A stretch of DNA of 64,000 bases from Vitreimonas sp. (GCA_035627515.1 DASPLQ010000012.1:1276309-1340308), one strand, 5' to 3'. Counted from the stretch's first letter, positions 9,422 through 18,693 are shown. Numbers and translations are program-made. The notes: generated from the sequence alone by a model not told the origin.

Positions 9422-10330
9422 TTAAGCTTCCAGTAATTGTAAATATTGTTTAATCCCACACATAAATTCTGGTTGACTGCAGCCTAAACAATTTTTAAAG
9501 GTATTAGTTAGGGACCAGGTTTTGACCCGAGCAGTAAGTTTATCGACCAACAACTGCGGATTTTCTTCAATACTGCCCAGTGAGGTGACGCCTTCACAAC
9601 ACCCAAAAACTTTGCCGTCAGACATGACTGCAATTTGATAGCACCCTAACTCTTTGGGAGGAAAAACATTGCGCGTTTTAATCACGTCTACCATTTCATC
9701 AGGGGTTAAAAAATCAAACCCATTTGTTTCACCCACGATATTAGAGACAGGGTGGTGCATTAGATAAGCCGGTGGTTTACGCGGATGGTAGGTGATGGTG
9801 GGTAAAAATCCTAGCTCTTTTTTTAAACTGGCTTCAAAAGCGTCAATGTTGGCTAAACTTTGTTTGGTCAAAATTGAAAAAACTTCTAAGTGAAAACCCA
9901 GCCGGTGGGCTTTTTTCATAAACTCAAGACTTTTGCGGAAATTACCTTCTCCCCGATTCGCATCGTGATAACTCTCTACGCCATCCAAAGAAACAATCAG
10001 GTTAATAAAGTTAGGCTGCCGAAGCTTATCCAGCTGATCAAGAGTCCCATTAGTGATAACTTGGACAAAGATACTTTGATCAACTAAAGTGTTCACAAGC
10101 TCAGGAAAACTGACTAAAGCAAAAACTTCTCCCCCACAAAAAGTGATAGTTTCTACCTTTTCCACTGCTTGATAACGATTCACGAAGTCAAGAATGGTTG
10201 CATTTGGTAAAATAGGGCTAGTTTTACGTGTATAACAGATTTTGCACTTCAGATTACATTTTTCCAGAGGATTAATGTATAAATGATGGAGAACATTTTG
10301 TAGATGGTCAGTAACTCGTTGGTTTAACAT
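9422..10330 (-). CDS. Radical SAM protein with C-terminal Cys-rich (SPASM/twitch-like) region
   Basis: The CNLKCKICY CX3CX2C motif sits near the N-terminus with a GGE motif downstream. The C-terminus reads GCCEG...CLGCSQPEFMCG. Confidence 0.7.
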   Translation of the reverse strand: MLNQRVTDHLQNVLHHLYINPLEKCNLKCKICYTRKTSPILPNATILDFVNRYQAVEKVETITFCGGEVFALVSFPELVNTLVDQSIFVQVITNGTLDQLDKLRQPNFINLIVSLDGVESYHDANRGEGNFRKSLEFMKKAHRLGFHLEVFSILTKQSLANIDAFEASLKKELGFLPTITYHPRKPPAYLMHHPVSNIVGETNGFDFLTPDEMVDVIKTRNVFPPKELGCYQIAVMSDGKVFGCCEGVTSLGSIEENPQLLVDKLTARVKTWSLTNTFKNCLGCSQPEFMCGIKQYLQLLEA

Positions 10331-10385
10331 ACCGAAGAGTTATCCTATCTCATCTTGAGATTTATCTCAAGTCGACAGGCTTATT

Positions 10386-11120
10386 ATGAATAACCAACCC
10401 AAACTTCATGCCTATTTAGCTCATCTTGGACTGGCTTCACGCCGCAAAGCTGAGGAAATGATTGCCCAGGGACGAGTGTGGGTAAACAACCAGCGCGCCA
10501 CGGTGGGGGATCGCGTCACTCCCGGCCAAGACAAAATTGAAGTCGATGGCAAAAACGTCTCTCAACGCCAAACTGAACCGTTGACATACTACCTCGTCAA
10601 CAAACCGATTGGCTATATTTCTACTGCCGATGATGAGCTGGGGCGTAAAACGGTCTTATCTCTTATTCCAGCGAGCAAGGAACGCTTGTACCCCGTGGGC
10701 CGGCTCGATAAAGACAGTGAAGGCCTGATGTTACTCACCAATGATGGTGACTTAGCTTACCGGATGACCCACCCCCGCTTTGAGATTGATAAACTCTATA
10801 AAGTCTTAATTAATGCTGAACCCACCGAAAAAGCCTTGGATTTTATCCGTCGCGGCGTCAAACTCGGTAGTACCTTTACTAAGCCCGCTGAAGTGGAGCT
10901 AGTGAACGTGGTTGATGAAGGCGCCTGGCTGGAAATCAAAATTCATGAAGGTAAACAACACCAGGTCCGCCGCATGCTGGAACGCGCTGGGTATGACACT
11001 GTGCGCTTAATCCGTCTGCAAATGGGCCCGCTGACTCTCAAAGACCTGCATGGCAAACGGTTTCAAAAACTAACCGATGAGCAAGTGATGAGGTTAAAGA
11101 AGGCAATTGGGTTAAACTAA
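10386..11120 (+). CDS. Pseudouridine synthase, RsuA/RluB family (S4 domain + catalytic domain)
   Basis: An S4-like N-terminus (LGLASRRKAEEMIAQGRVWVNN) precedes the catalytic Asp motif (GRLDKDSEGLMLLTNDG). Confidence 0.8.
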   Translation: MNNQPKLHAYLAHLGLASRRKAEEMIAQGRVWVNNQRATVGDRVTPGQDKIEVDGKNVSQRQTEPLTYYLVNKPIGYISTADDELGRKTVLSLIPASKERLYPVGRLDKDSEGLMLLTNDGDLAYRMTHPRFEIDKLYKVLINAEPTEKALDFIRRGVKLGSTFTKPAEVELVNVVDEGAWLEIKIHEGKQHQVRRMLERAGYDTVRLIRLQMGPLTLKDLHGKRFQKLTDEQVMRLKKAIGLN

Positions 11121-11124
11121 TACT

Positions 11125-12189
11125 CTAATGAGAGTGATCATGCTGATGTCCGCTTCGAGCACCCATCAACTTTTTTAACTCTAACTTCTCAGCTGCATAA
11201 GCCGCCAAACCGGTCGCAATTGGCACCGCTAACACTAACCCAATTGAGCCTACCAATGTTCTGACTACTTCTTCAGCAATAATTTCATTATTTAAAGTAA
11301 CCCAAAAAGGGATATCTTTATTAATAGTGAAGAGAATGAATAATGGTAAGTTGGCTCCTGCATAAGCCAAGACTAAAGTATTAACTAGTGAGGCCACATG
11401 ATCTTTGCCAACCGATAAACCCCGCGCATACAGCTCTTCAAATCTCAGCTTACTATTCACGGCTTTAAGTTGAAAAACAGTGGAAATTTGAGCAATACAA
11501 ATATCATCTAAAATACCCAGAGTCCCTAGTAAAATTCCTCCCAGCAATAAACCTTGTAAATTAATCTTGGCTGTATCGCCAAATTGCAAAAAGTAGGCTT
11601 CTTCGCTACCCAGACCGGCAAATTGACCAAACCTAACTGCCACTGCCGACAAAATCGCCACCGAGAGTAAGGTGCTCAGCATTGAAACCAGCGCCAAGTG
11701 CGAGTGCCAATTAAAACCATGAGATAAATAAATGGTAATCGTGGCAATCGCCCCTGCTCCTATTACACTAACTAGAGTTGGATTCACGCCACTTAAAATC
11801 TGTGGCACAATAAATAATGACAAAATGGCTAAACTAATGGCCATACCAATGATCGATAATAAACCCTGCCAACGGGCTACTACGATCACTAACAAGAAAA
11901 AACCCATCCCTAACCAAGCTAAGATGGGTAGGCGAAAGACGTCAGCCACCACGTACTCAGTCTGCCCCTCATCCACACTTTGCTGGGTGACAATAATCTG
12001 CGCACCAGGGGCCAATAATTGCGAAGCATTTAAAGGTTGAAACTCAGATCCAACCGCAATACGCACGCTGGTATCTTTGCCCTCTAATTTAACTTCAATA
12101 ACTTGGGTATAAAAAACCTGGTCGTCACTTGGTAAAGCATTTTGCTCAACAATATTTGTTACGGTGCCACGATGGTAGGGAAGTGCCAT
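11125..12189 (-). CDS. YibE/F-family integral membrane protein
   Basis: An N-terminal soluble segment is followed by 6-8 TM helices in the YibE/F pattern. Confidence 0.55.
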   Translation of the reverse strand: MALPYHRGTVTNIVEQNALPSDDQVFYTQVIEVKLEGKDTSVRIAVGSEFQPLNASQLLAPGAQIIVTQQSVDEGQTEYVVADVFRLPILAWLGMGFFLLVIVVARWQGLLSIIGMAISLAILSLFIVPQILSGVNPTLVSVIGAGAIATITIYLSHGFNWHSHLALVSMLSTLLSVAILSAVAVRFGQFAGLGSEEAYFLQFGDTAKINLQGLLLGGILLGTLGILDDICIAQISTVFQLKAVNSKLRFEELYARGLSVGKDHVASLVNTLVLAYAGANLPLFILFTINKDIPFWVTLNNEIIAEEVVRTLVGSIGLVLAVPIATGLAAYAAEKLELKKLMGARSGHQHDHSH

Positions 12190-12275
12190 AGCTTTATTGT
12201 CTCACGCTGACCAAGCTTCACCAAGTCAGGATCTTTTAATTTTTTTTTAATTTATCCGGATTATAGTGCGTATTT

Positions 12276-12701
12276 ATGACACCTCCTCTAGAAAAACCAC
12301 CTCAAATTTTATTGATCGAAACTAATTTACTGAATGCTGAGTTAATTCAGGTAACTCTCCAGCGCAAGTTTGAGCAGTTAGAACTCATCATTGTCAGTAC
12401 GTTTAATGAAGCCCAGCCGTATTTAAACCCCCAGCTCGATATCATTCTCTGTGAGTGGCAAAGCTCTCTAGAAATGATTGGGATTTTAATTTTGAACGAA
12501 CTCCAACAACAACAGCTAGACATTCCCGTCATTGTCCTCACGGCCTATCACGTGCCAGAAATTCAAGCTGAGTTAAAAACAATTAATAATGACCGCTCAC
12601 AGCCCTTGATCCTCGCCGGTTTATTTACCAAAGCTGAGTTAAGCGAAGCCACTCAATTGATTAAAAATTTACTTACTCCACCTGCTAACTCCCAAACGTA
12701 A
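12276..12701 (+). CDS. Pseudo-receiver (CheY-like) domain protein
   Basis: The alternating beta/alpha receiver pattern is there, but the acidic pocket is ET rather than DD and the phospho-acceptor position reads CEW where Asp is expected. The conserved Thr is retained (VLTAY). Confidence 0.4.
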   Translation: MTPPLEKPPQILLIETNLLNAELIQVTLQRKFEQLELIIVSTFNEAQPYLNPQLDIILCEWQSSLEMIGILILNELQQQQLDIPVIVLTAYHVPEIQAELKTINNDRSQPLILAGLFTKAELSEATQLIKNLLTPPANSQT

Positions 12702-14421
12702 ATGCAAAGGCTTTAATACCAGGACTGAGTACTAACTCGAGGGTAGCATTTTCCAGTAATTCAGGTGATTTAACTAGTTTATATAAGCGGTGCTCAGCTA
12801 CGCTACCTTTTCCATCGGGGCTCACGTCTTCACCCAAAAATTGTAACTGTCCGTTCACCTTCACTAAGAACTCAGTTGGATGATCTGCCCCCATCACTAA
12901 ATAGACTTCTTTACCGGTAAACTGTAGACGCAAGGTAGCAGGAGCTTGGACCGGCTCGGTGTATTCGCGCGTGATGCGCCATTGACCATCAAGGGTCCAG
13001 TAATGCGTATCCAGCGGCACAGCCTGATATCCTTTGACCCCATCTTTTTTTAAATCAAAACTATTCGCAAAAAATTGGTGGCGGACATAGCCTAGATAAG
13101 TCTCTGGTGTTTGATATCTGTGAAATGAAGGCTCGGCACTTTCAGTAAGCGAATTGGAAACTGAGCTTGAACCTGCTTCTTTTAATAGAAACTGAATTGC
13201 TGCCTCAGTCTCATCATAAGCTCCTTCACCGGAGTGAAAGTAACGGATGTTTCCTTGAGCATCAATTAAATACTTAGCTGGCCAAAAGCGGTTTTCATAC
13301 GCCTTCCAAATTTTAAACTCATTATCTTGAACCACGGGGTATTTGAGCTCAAAGTCCGCAATCGCCATCTCCACATTGGTAGTTTTTTTCTCAAACTCAA
13401 ATTCAGGTGTGTGCACACCGATAATCACTAAACCTTGATCGGCATACTTTTCATGCCAACCACGCAAGTAGGGCAGCGTCCGAATACAGTTGATACAAGA
13501 GTATGTCCAAAAATCAATTAAAACGACCTTACCTTTTAACTCAGCTAAACTCAATGGAGCGGAGTTTAACCATGAGCCACCTTCAGTCACATCAGGAGCT
13601 GGTTTTCCTGGCTGGCTCAAACTCTGTGGCAGACGAAAGCCAAATTGATCCCCTGTTTGGTCAGGAGCTTGAGTTCCATCTAAGCGTCGCAGTTGCTCTT
13701 CCACTTGTGGCGTAGCTTCAAAACGAGTTAAACCTACTCCATAGCCAGGAAAAGTACTCAGTACCCAGGTTTGGAACTGTCGATCCCAGTTCATAAAAAG
13801 AGCTACCGCGATCGCAATCATCACCACTCCAAAACCTTTTTGAATTCGCGCCGTATTCCTCAGCAGCCAAGGCACACGTTGTAATAAAGCTCGGCCACCA
13901 TAAGTAATTGCCAACATGGGTAAACCAGTCCCGAGCGCATAGGCTAGAGTAATGATCACTGCTAAGAATGTCACCTCACTCGTCAATGCTAAAGTAATCA
14001 CCGCTGCTAAGATTGGCCCTACACACGGGGCCCACAAAATACCTAAACTGACTCCCACAATCATCCCAGCTATGAAGCCATCTTGTGTATTCTGCCTTGG
14101 GAGCAAAGTGCTTAACCGCGAAAAAAGTTTTTCCATCACTACTTGCACCTGAGGCAATAACAATGCCACCCCAAAGACTGCAATTACCCCTACCGCCAAT
14201 AACCGCAACCAGTCAGGAGAAACACCAGTCGCTTTTACCAAACTAGACAGCGCAAGGGTAAGAAAAGTAAAACTCAGTACAAATCCCGCTACAATTCCGA
14301 GGGGTCGGCGATGCCCATCACCCACTGATCCGGAGAGAATAATTGGTAAAACAGGCAAAATACACGGCGATAAAATAGTGACCACACCAGCTAAAAAAGC
14401 AAATGTTACCAAGATAATCAT
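12685..14421 (-). CDS. Fused cytochrome c biogenesis CcdA/DsbD-like transmembrane domain + thioredoxin-fold (TlpA/ResA-like) + C-terminal domain
   Basis: An N-terminal multi-TM domain contains a conserved Cys pair, followed by WTYSCINC (a CxxC thioredoxin fold). The protein is 578 aa. Confidence 0.75.
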   Translation of the reverse strand: MIILVTFAFLAGVVTILSPCILPVLPIILSGSVGDGHRRPLGIVAGFVLSFTFLTLALSSLVKATGVSPDWLRLLAVGVIAVFGVALLLPQVQVVMEKLFSRLSTLLPRQNTQDGFIAGMIVGVSLGILWAPCVGPILAAVITLALTSEVTFLAVIITLAYALGTGLPMLAITYGGRALLQRVPWLLRNTARIQKGFGVVMIAIAVALFMNWDRQFQTWVLSTFPGYGVGLTRFEATPQVEEQLRRLDGTQAPDQTGDQFGFRLPQSLSQPGKPAPDVTEGGSWLNSAPLSLAELKGKVVLIDFWTYSCINCIRTLPYLRGWHEKYADQGLVIIGVHTPEFEFEKKTTNVEMAIADFELKYPVVQDNEFKIWKAYENRFWPAKYLIDAQGNIRYFHSGEGAYDETEAAIQFLLKEAGSSSVSNSLTESAEPSFHRYQTPETYLGYVRHQFFANSFDLKKDGVKGYQAVPLDTHYWTLDGQWRITREYTEPVQAPATLRLQFTGKEVYLVMGADHPTEFLVKVNGQLQFLGEDVSPDGKGSVAEHRLYKLVKSPELLENATLELVLSPGIKAFAFTFGS

Positions 14422-14472
14422 GCATTTAGTATGGGACAGTGACAGCTAAATCACAAGCTTAAAACTAGGTGA

Positions 14473-14499
14473 TTAGCAGCTATTGACAAAGACTGCTAA
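14473..14499. promoter_or_regulatory. CIRCE-like inverted repeat (TTAGCAG-N13-CTGCTAA) overlapping the hsp20 -35 element
   Basis: A perfect 7-nt inverted repeat lies at 14473-14479 and 14493-14499. Its arms resemble the HrcA CIRCE arms TTAGCACTC/GAGTGCTAA. Confidence 0.4.
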
Positions 14500-14513
14500 C
14501 AATGGTGTATAAT
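14483..14513 (+). promoter_or_regulatory. Sigma70-type promoter upstream of hsp20 (TTGACA -35, TG-adjacent TATAAT -10, 19-nt spacer)
   Basis: TTGACA lies at 14483-14488 and TATAAT at 14508-14513, about 75 nt upstream of the hsp20 ATG. Confidence 0.5.
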
Positions 14514-14587
14514 TCTGGCAGTCGACTAAATAAACTGCTAATTTAAACCTGCTTTAGCCTGGAAAGGCACAGGTAGAAAGGATACAC

Positions 14588-15007
14588 ATGTCACTAGTAC
14601 GCTTAAACCCTTTGGTATCTACGCTTAACCGCTGGCCCAATATTTGGGATGATGATTTCTTTTCTGATCTCAATACTGCCAGTCATAACTTAGACGTCTA
14701 CGAGACTGATGATGAAGTGGTGGTCAAAGCCAATGTCGCCGGCGTTGCTGCGGACAAGGTAGATATCACCTTCGAAAAAGGCGTGTTATGGATCAAAGCA
14801 GAGGCCGAAGAAGAAAAAAGTGATAAACAAAAGAAACACTACAGCAAATCTTCATGGAACTATTCATACAAGATTGCTGTTCCCGGAATGCTTGATTTCA
14901 ATCACGAACCGCAAGCCACCGTCACCGATGGAGTCGTCACCATCACCTTCAAAAAAGCCGAAGCAAGCAAACCACGCAAGTTGCAGGTCAAAGCAACCGC
15001 TAAATAA
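14588..15007 (+). CDS. Hsp20/alpha-crystallin family small heat-shock protein
   Basis: The alpha-crystallin domain pattern (DVYETDDEVVVKANVAGV...VDITFEKGVLWIKAE...YSYKIAVPG) is present. Confidence 0.9.
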   Translation: MSLVRLNPLVSTLNRWPNIWDDDFFSDLNTASHNLDVYETDDEVVVKANVAGVAADKVDITFEKGVLWIKAEAEEEKSDKQKKHYSKSSWNYSYKIAVPGMLDFNHEPQATVTDGVVTITFKKAEASKPRKLQVKATAK

Positions 15008-15045
15008 AGCATCTAAAATTTGACCACAGAGCTGGACAGAAGCTA

Positions 15046-15078
15046 AAACACCTCCCGTTTGGGAGGTGTTTGTGTTAC
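15046..15078. terminator. Bidirectional rho-independent terminator between convergent hsp20 and the CX5R protein gene
   Basis: A 9-bp GC-rich stem (ACACCTCCC / GGGAGGTGT) with loop GTTT is flanked by an A-run upstream and a T-rich tract downstream. Confidence 0.7.
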
Positions 15079-15086
15079 AAAAAAAT

Positions 15087-15686
15087 TTAATCGATCAAAC
15101 TCAGATAGTGCTGACGCAACCCACCAGTGTCACTTTCTGAGCCATCAATTAGCATTACTTTTAAACGAACGCTTTCACCCTTATTTTTTCTTTGTAAACC
15201 CATTAAAGCACTTAATAAAATACTAATATTTTCTAACTCAGATTGATTGCGCTTAGTATTGATGCACATTAACAAAGTTCCCACAGGAGCTTCAATAGTT
15301 GCAGGAATTACTACTCCATCTTTTAAATCTCCTGCTTTAATATGGTCGGCTAAATTCTGCAAATCGTAACCTCTTAAACATAAATTACTGGCAAAATTAA
15401 AACCCAGCTCTTCTAAAAAGTTTGAAATATGTCGAGAGCGATGAATCCCACCAAAACAAACAACAAATAAATCTTTCCACTCAGATTTAAGCAAATCAAT
15501 AACCTTGCCTTGATATGCAGCATATACGAATGCGTACCAATCTTCTGCAGTCACCCATGAGATCTCAACGCCACTTAACTCATTTGCCAATAACTCTTTA
15601 TAGAGTTTGAGTGCCTCAGAATTTTCAGGTAAAGGCTTTAAGTTTAACGGTGGTAATTTGCCTGCCGCTGACTCTGCATTAATCAT
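15087..15686 (-). CDS. Hypothetical protein with a CX5R(S) P-loop (PTP/dual-specificity phosphatase-like signature)
   Basis: The sequence VVCFGGIHRS fits the phosphatase signature (V)HCxxGxxR(S/T). I found no other match. Confidence 0.35.
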   Translation of the reverse strand: MINAESAAGKLPPLNLKPLPENSEALKLYKELLANELSGVEISWVTAEDWYAFVYAAYQGKVIDLLKSEWKDLFVVCFGGIHRSRHISNFLEELGFNFASNLCLRGYDLQNLADHIKAGDLKDGVVIPATIEAPVGTLLMCINTKRNQSELENISILLSALMGLQRKNKGESVRLKVMLIDGSESDTGGLRQHYLSLID

Positions 15687-15723
15687 AATTATTCTATTTC
15701 CTTGTGTTACTCAGAATAGCATA

Positions 15724-16371
15724 CTATTCAAAATAACGCCCCTTAAATGTATATACCACCATCCACGCCACTACAGCGGCGCTGGCAAAAATTATCCAAG
15801 AGTTAAAAGAAATGGCAGCACCTAAAAAATAAAAGACTGGTAACGTAGTCACCAAATGCGACAAAAAGTAACCGGTGATAAAGGGCATATACTTAAAACC
15901 AATTAAACTGGCTCCCCATGCCAACCCGTCTGACAACATGCCTCCCAAAGCAAATCTTAAAAAGATTGAGGCTTCGACTTGGTTGCGATCCTTTAGTTTA
16001 ATTGACCGAACTTTATCCGCCACAGCTTCACCAATTATTTTTTTGATCAGCGTATACCCGTATTTTCTACCTAAGAAAAAGACAATACTGACTCCGATGG
16101 TACCTCCCACAATGTCTAAGGCGTAGGCAGTTTTCCAACCTAAAAAAGGGAGCGCCGCCAAAGTAAATGCCGACCCCGGAAGAGGTGCATAAATAATGCT
16201 AAAAATCTTCAAGCTTAAAATGGCCAAAATATAGAGTGGCCAATAGGATTGGACTGAAGCTTGTAAACTCAAAACCCAAGGAGACTGAGCGGCTACTTGT
16301 AAGAGGAGAGCCGGGAAAATGAGAGCTGTGACTAATATGATTTTTGTTACTACATCGAGAATTTTTGTCAT
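15724..16371 (-). CDS. DedA/VTT (TVP38/TMEM64) family membrane protein
   Basis: The segment LPGSAF...G...G...GR.YG matches the VTT domain, and the protein is multi-TM. Confidence 0.6.
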   Translation of the reverse strand: MTKILDVVTKIILVTALIFPALLLQVAAQSPWVLSLQASVQSYWPLYILAILSLKIFSIIYAPLPGSAFTLAALPFLGWKTAYALDIVGGTIGVSIVFFLGRKYGYTLIKKIIGEAVADKVRSIKLKDRNQVEASIFLRFALGGMLSDGLAWGASLIGFKYMPFITGYFLSHLVTTLPVFYFLGAAISFNSWIIFASAAVVAWMVVYTFKGRYFE

Positions 16372-17044
16372 GGCTCATAGCTCGGTAGTTTATAATAGTT
16401 GTATGCAAAAAGAAGTAGTTATAAATACAGCAAAAACTAAACTTTTAGAAAAACCTTTTGATATTGCTCACGATATCTTTCATCATTATAAAGTATGGGA
16501 AAACATTTTGATAATCATGCTACAAGAAGGTCTAAACCTAGATGTGGATAAACTAGAGATAGCTTGCTGGTGGCACGATTATGAGCGTGGATCTACTGAA
16601 CATAAAATTCTTACCTCCACCATGGTCGGAGCTGGTTACCCTGAAGACTATATTGAGGCAGTTAAACAGTTGATAAATACTCATTCTTTTCATGATCAGC
16701 ACTCTGATGATGATGAAGCCAAAGTACTTTTTGACGCTGACAAGCTGGAGTATGTGAACATGGGTAGGCTAATGTGGATGGGTGAGGGAATCCTTAAAGG
16801 TGATTTAGATACCAATCAAGGCAGAAAATACGGACACGCTTTAAATGAGAGAATTTACCAAGTCGTGCAGCTTCTCCACTATCCTACTACTCGCTTAATG
16901 ATGGCCAACAATATCACTAACTTATTGGTTGCTTTACCCACATGTCAGGAAAAATATAAAGACTTCATGAGAGATGTAACGGCAGATGAACTACTCAAAG
17001 CCCACCAGTATCTTCAGTCTTATTCCGCTAACTCTAAACTATAA
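16319..17044 (+). CDS. HD-domain phosphohydrolase
   Basis: The H..HD motifs (FHHY, WWHDYERG) and a downstream D are present. The start is probably the internal Met MQKEV at about 16403, which would avoid the overlap with the upstream gene. Confidence 0.6.
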   Translation: MRAVTNMIFVTTSRIFVMAHSSVVYNSCMQKEVVINTAKTKLLEKPFDIAHDIFHHYKVWENILIIMLQEGLNLDVDKLEIACWWHDYERGSTEHKILTSTMVGAGYPEDYIEAVKQLINTHSFHDQHSDDDEAKVLFDADKLEYVNMGRLMWMGEGILKGDLDTNQGRKYGHALNERIYQVVQLLHYPTTRLMMANNITNLLVALPTCQEKYKDFMRDVTADELLKAHQYLQSYSANSKL

Positions 17045-17487
17045 ATATCTAAGACAGCTGCCGGACCAAAATCACCGTAGCAACTATCTTGAATACACTG
17101 CTGTCGTCTATACGTAAATTTCCCACGGATATTTTTGACCTTTTTACCGTTGATTGGTTCTAAATCTACCTGACTTTTACCCACAGTGATGCGAAAAAAA
17201 CCTCTTTTATCCCTATCTTCATCCATGAGTACACCGGTTCCCTTATACTCCACACAAAAGCCATAATCGTTGAAACTACTCGGCACATCCATACCTTGCA
17301 GACTCGGACAAGACTGAGTAATTCGATATTCGGCTTGAGAATTATTTAACGGGAAAAAAGTGGGAGGACCTTCAGTTATATAAGCAAAAATAAACCAAGC
17401 AATAACTCCCAAGATAATAAGCGGCGGAATCGCTAATGCCAGTTGTAATTTGGTTAATCGTGACTGAAAGCGAACGCGGTGGAGCAT
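17020..17487 (-). CDS. Hypothetical membrane-anchored protein
   Basis: It has a single N-terminal TM helix and a Cys-containing extracytoplasmic domain, with no recognisable family. Confidence 0.35.
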   Translation of the reverse strand: MLHRVRFQSRLTKLQLALAIPPLIILGVIAWFIFAYITEGPPTFFPLNNSQAEYRITQSCPSLQGMDVPSSFNDYGFCVEYKGTGVLMDEDRDKRGFFRITVGKSQVDLEPINGKKVKNIRGKFTYRRQQCIQDSCYGDFGPAAVLDIYSLELAE

Positions 17488-17502
17488 TACAGGTAGTATA
17501 GC

Positions 17503-18141
17503 CTATATAACATCACCTAATATGGACCGACGTGTAATAATCCCTTGTTGAAAGGCCAAAACACCAATCACCGCATGCGAAAGGGAAACGAGTGGTAGGT
17601 TGGGAATGAAAAAGTATATCACGCTCCAAATTAATCCCATAAAAAATGTCCCTTGCATCAAATTGAGATCATCAAATACTAAGTGGGCAATCCAAAACAA
17701 GGCCGTAGAAACTCCCACCATAGAAATAAAACTTAAAGCCTGACTCTCAGCTAAAGAATAATATACAAAACTTCTAAATAAAAATTCTTGGGCAGGAGCA
17801 GAAATAATCGCGTAAAAAACGATCAGCGCTTGCCCTCCGATAAAAATATTGGCAGGTTTGCCATGATAAAAATGTTTATTTAAGTACAGTATCACCAAGC
17901 CACAGATAACTGTCATCAGCATATAGATACCTATCTCTGTGAGAGAAGGCATCATCATGCCTAGTTCACGCCAGGTTGGTTGTGAATACCAAGTCAAAGC
18001 CGCTGATAAAATCACCAAAAATATGAGACAAGTGTAGCTAAACTTAAGAGGAAGAAATTTAAACTTTATCGCCAGCAAAGTAGACACACTTACAATGGTA
18101 AAAGCCTCAAATAAAAATGTGTACAGTTCAGTGGTCATCAT
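17503..18141 (-). CDS. CPBP-family (CAAX-type) intramembrane metalloprotease
   Basis: It is multi-TM and carries QEFLFR (an EExxxR-like motif), FWIAH (FxxxH) and a C-terminal HAVIG motif. Confidence 0.55.
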   Translation of the reverse strand: MMTTELYTFLFEAFTIVSVSTLLAIKFKFLPLKFSYTCLIFLVILSAALTWYSQPTWRELGMMMPSLTEIGIYMLMTVICGLVILYLNKHFYHGKPANIFIGGQALIVFYAIISAPAQEFLFRSFVYYSLAESQALSFISMVGVSTALFWIAHLVFDDLNLMQGTFFMGLIWSVIYFFIPNLPLVSLSHAVIGVLAFQQGIITRRSILGDVI

Positions 18142-18147
18142 GACAAA

Positions 18148-18693
18148 TTATAATTTAGTAGCATCAGAGCGTTTGACTCTTACTAACTCAGTCATAAGAT
18201 TGGTGCTTACATACGCTAAAACATCACTATCAGGGTTATAGAGTTCTATCATATCCAAATCTGTCCGATCAAAAACACGAGCCCCACTCATCTTTTTTCC
18301 CTTTGATAATTCATCTTTAAGGTGCTTATATTCTTCAGGCTCTAAGTAAAAATCTACATCACCCACGTGGTGACGATAAGGGTCAGGTTTGCGAATATAC
18401 AAATAGGTATAGCTTGTCTCTGGCATATCTCCCTCGGCTGGAATGATGATTGGCTGGTGTAAACGGAAATACTTTTGATTGAAGTTATCAGATGCCACAG
18501 TGAGCTCTTTTCTTAATTGAATTAATGTTTCATATTCCTCATCATAATGACAAAACACGCCTATATTGCCTGCATTAGGCAAGTAATAACCAAATGATTG
18601 CTGACAAAGTTTGTAGCATTCCACATGAATGTGCTTAATAGCAGCCATTAATTGTGAGTGATTGCTAATAGGGCTAAAGCGATAGAGTTTCAT
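18148..18693 (-). CDS. Hypothetical protein
   Basis: This is a 181-aa soluble ORF with no recognisable motif. Confidence 0.4.
   Translation of the reverse strand: MKLYRFSPISNHSQLMAAIKHIHVECYKLCQQSFGYYLPNAGNIGVFCHYDEEYETLIQLRKELTVASDNFNQKYFRLHQPIIIPAEGDMPETSYTYLYIRKPDPYRHHVGDVDFYLEPEEYKHLKDELSKGKKMSGARVFDRTDLDMIELYNPDSDVLAYVSTNLMTELVRVKRSDATKL

Noticed and set aside
9422-10330. A direct call as EpmB/KamA lysine 2,3-aminomutase
   Set aside because: Only the CxxxCxxC-x-R context resembles KamA. The protein is short and has a SPASM-like Cys-rich C-terminus instead of the KamA C-terminal domain. It is kept as a generic radical SAM enzyme, and the possibility is recorded as a finding.
16199-16408. 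A 69-aa minus-strand ORF extending upstream of the DedA-family gene
   Set aside because: It is an alternative-frame shadow across the divergent start region of the HD-domain and DedA-family genes.
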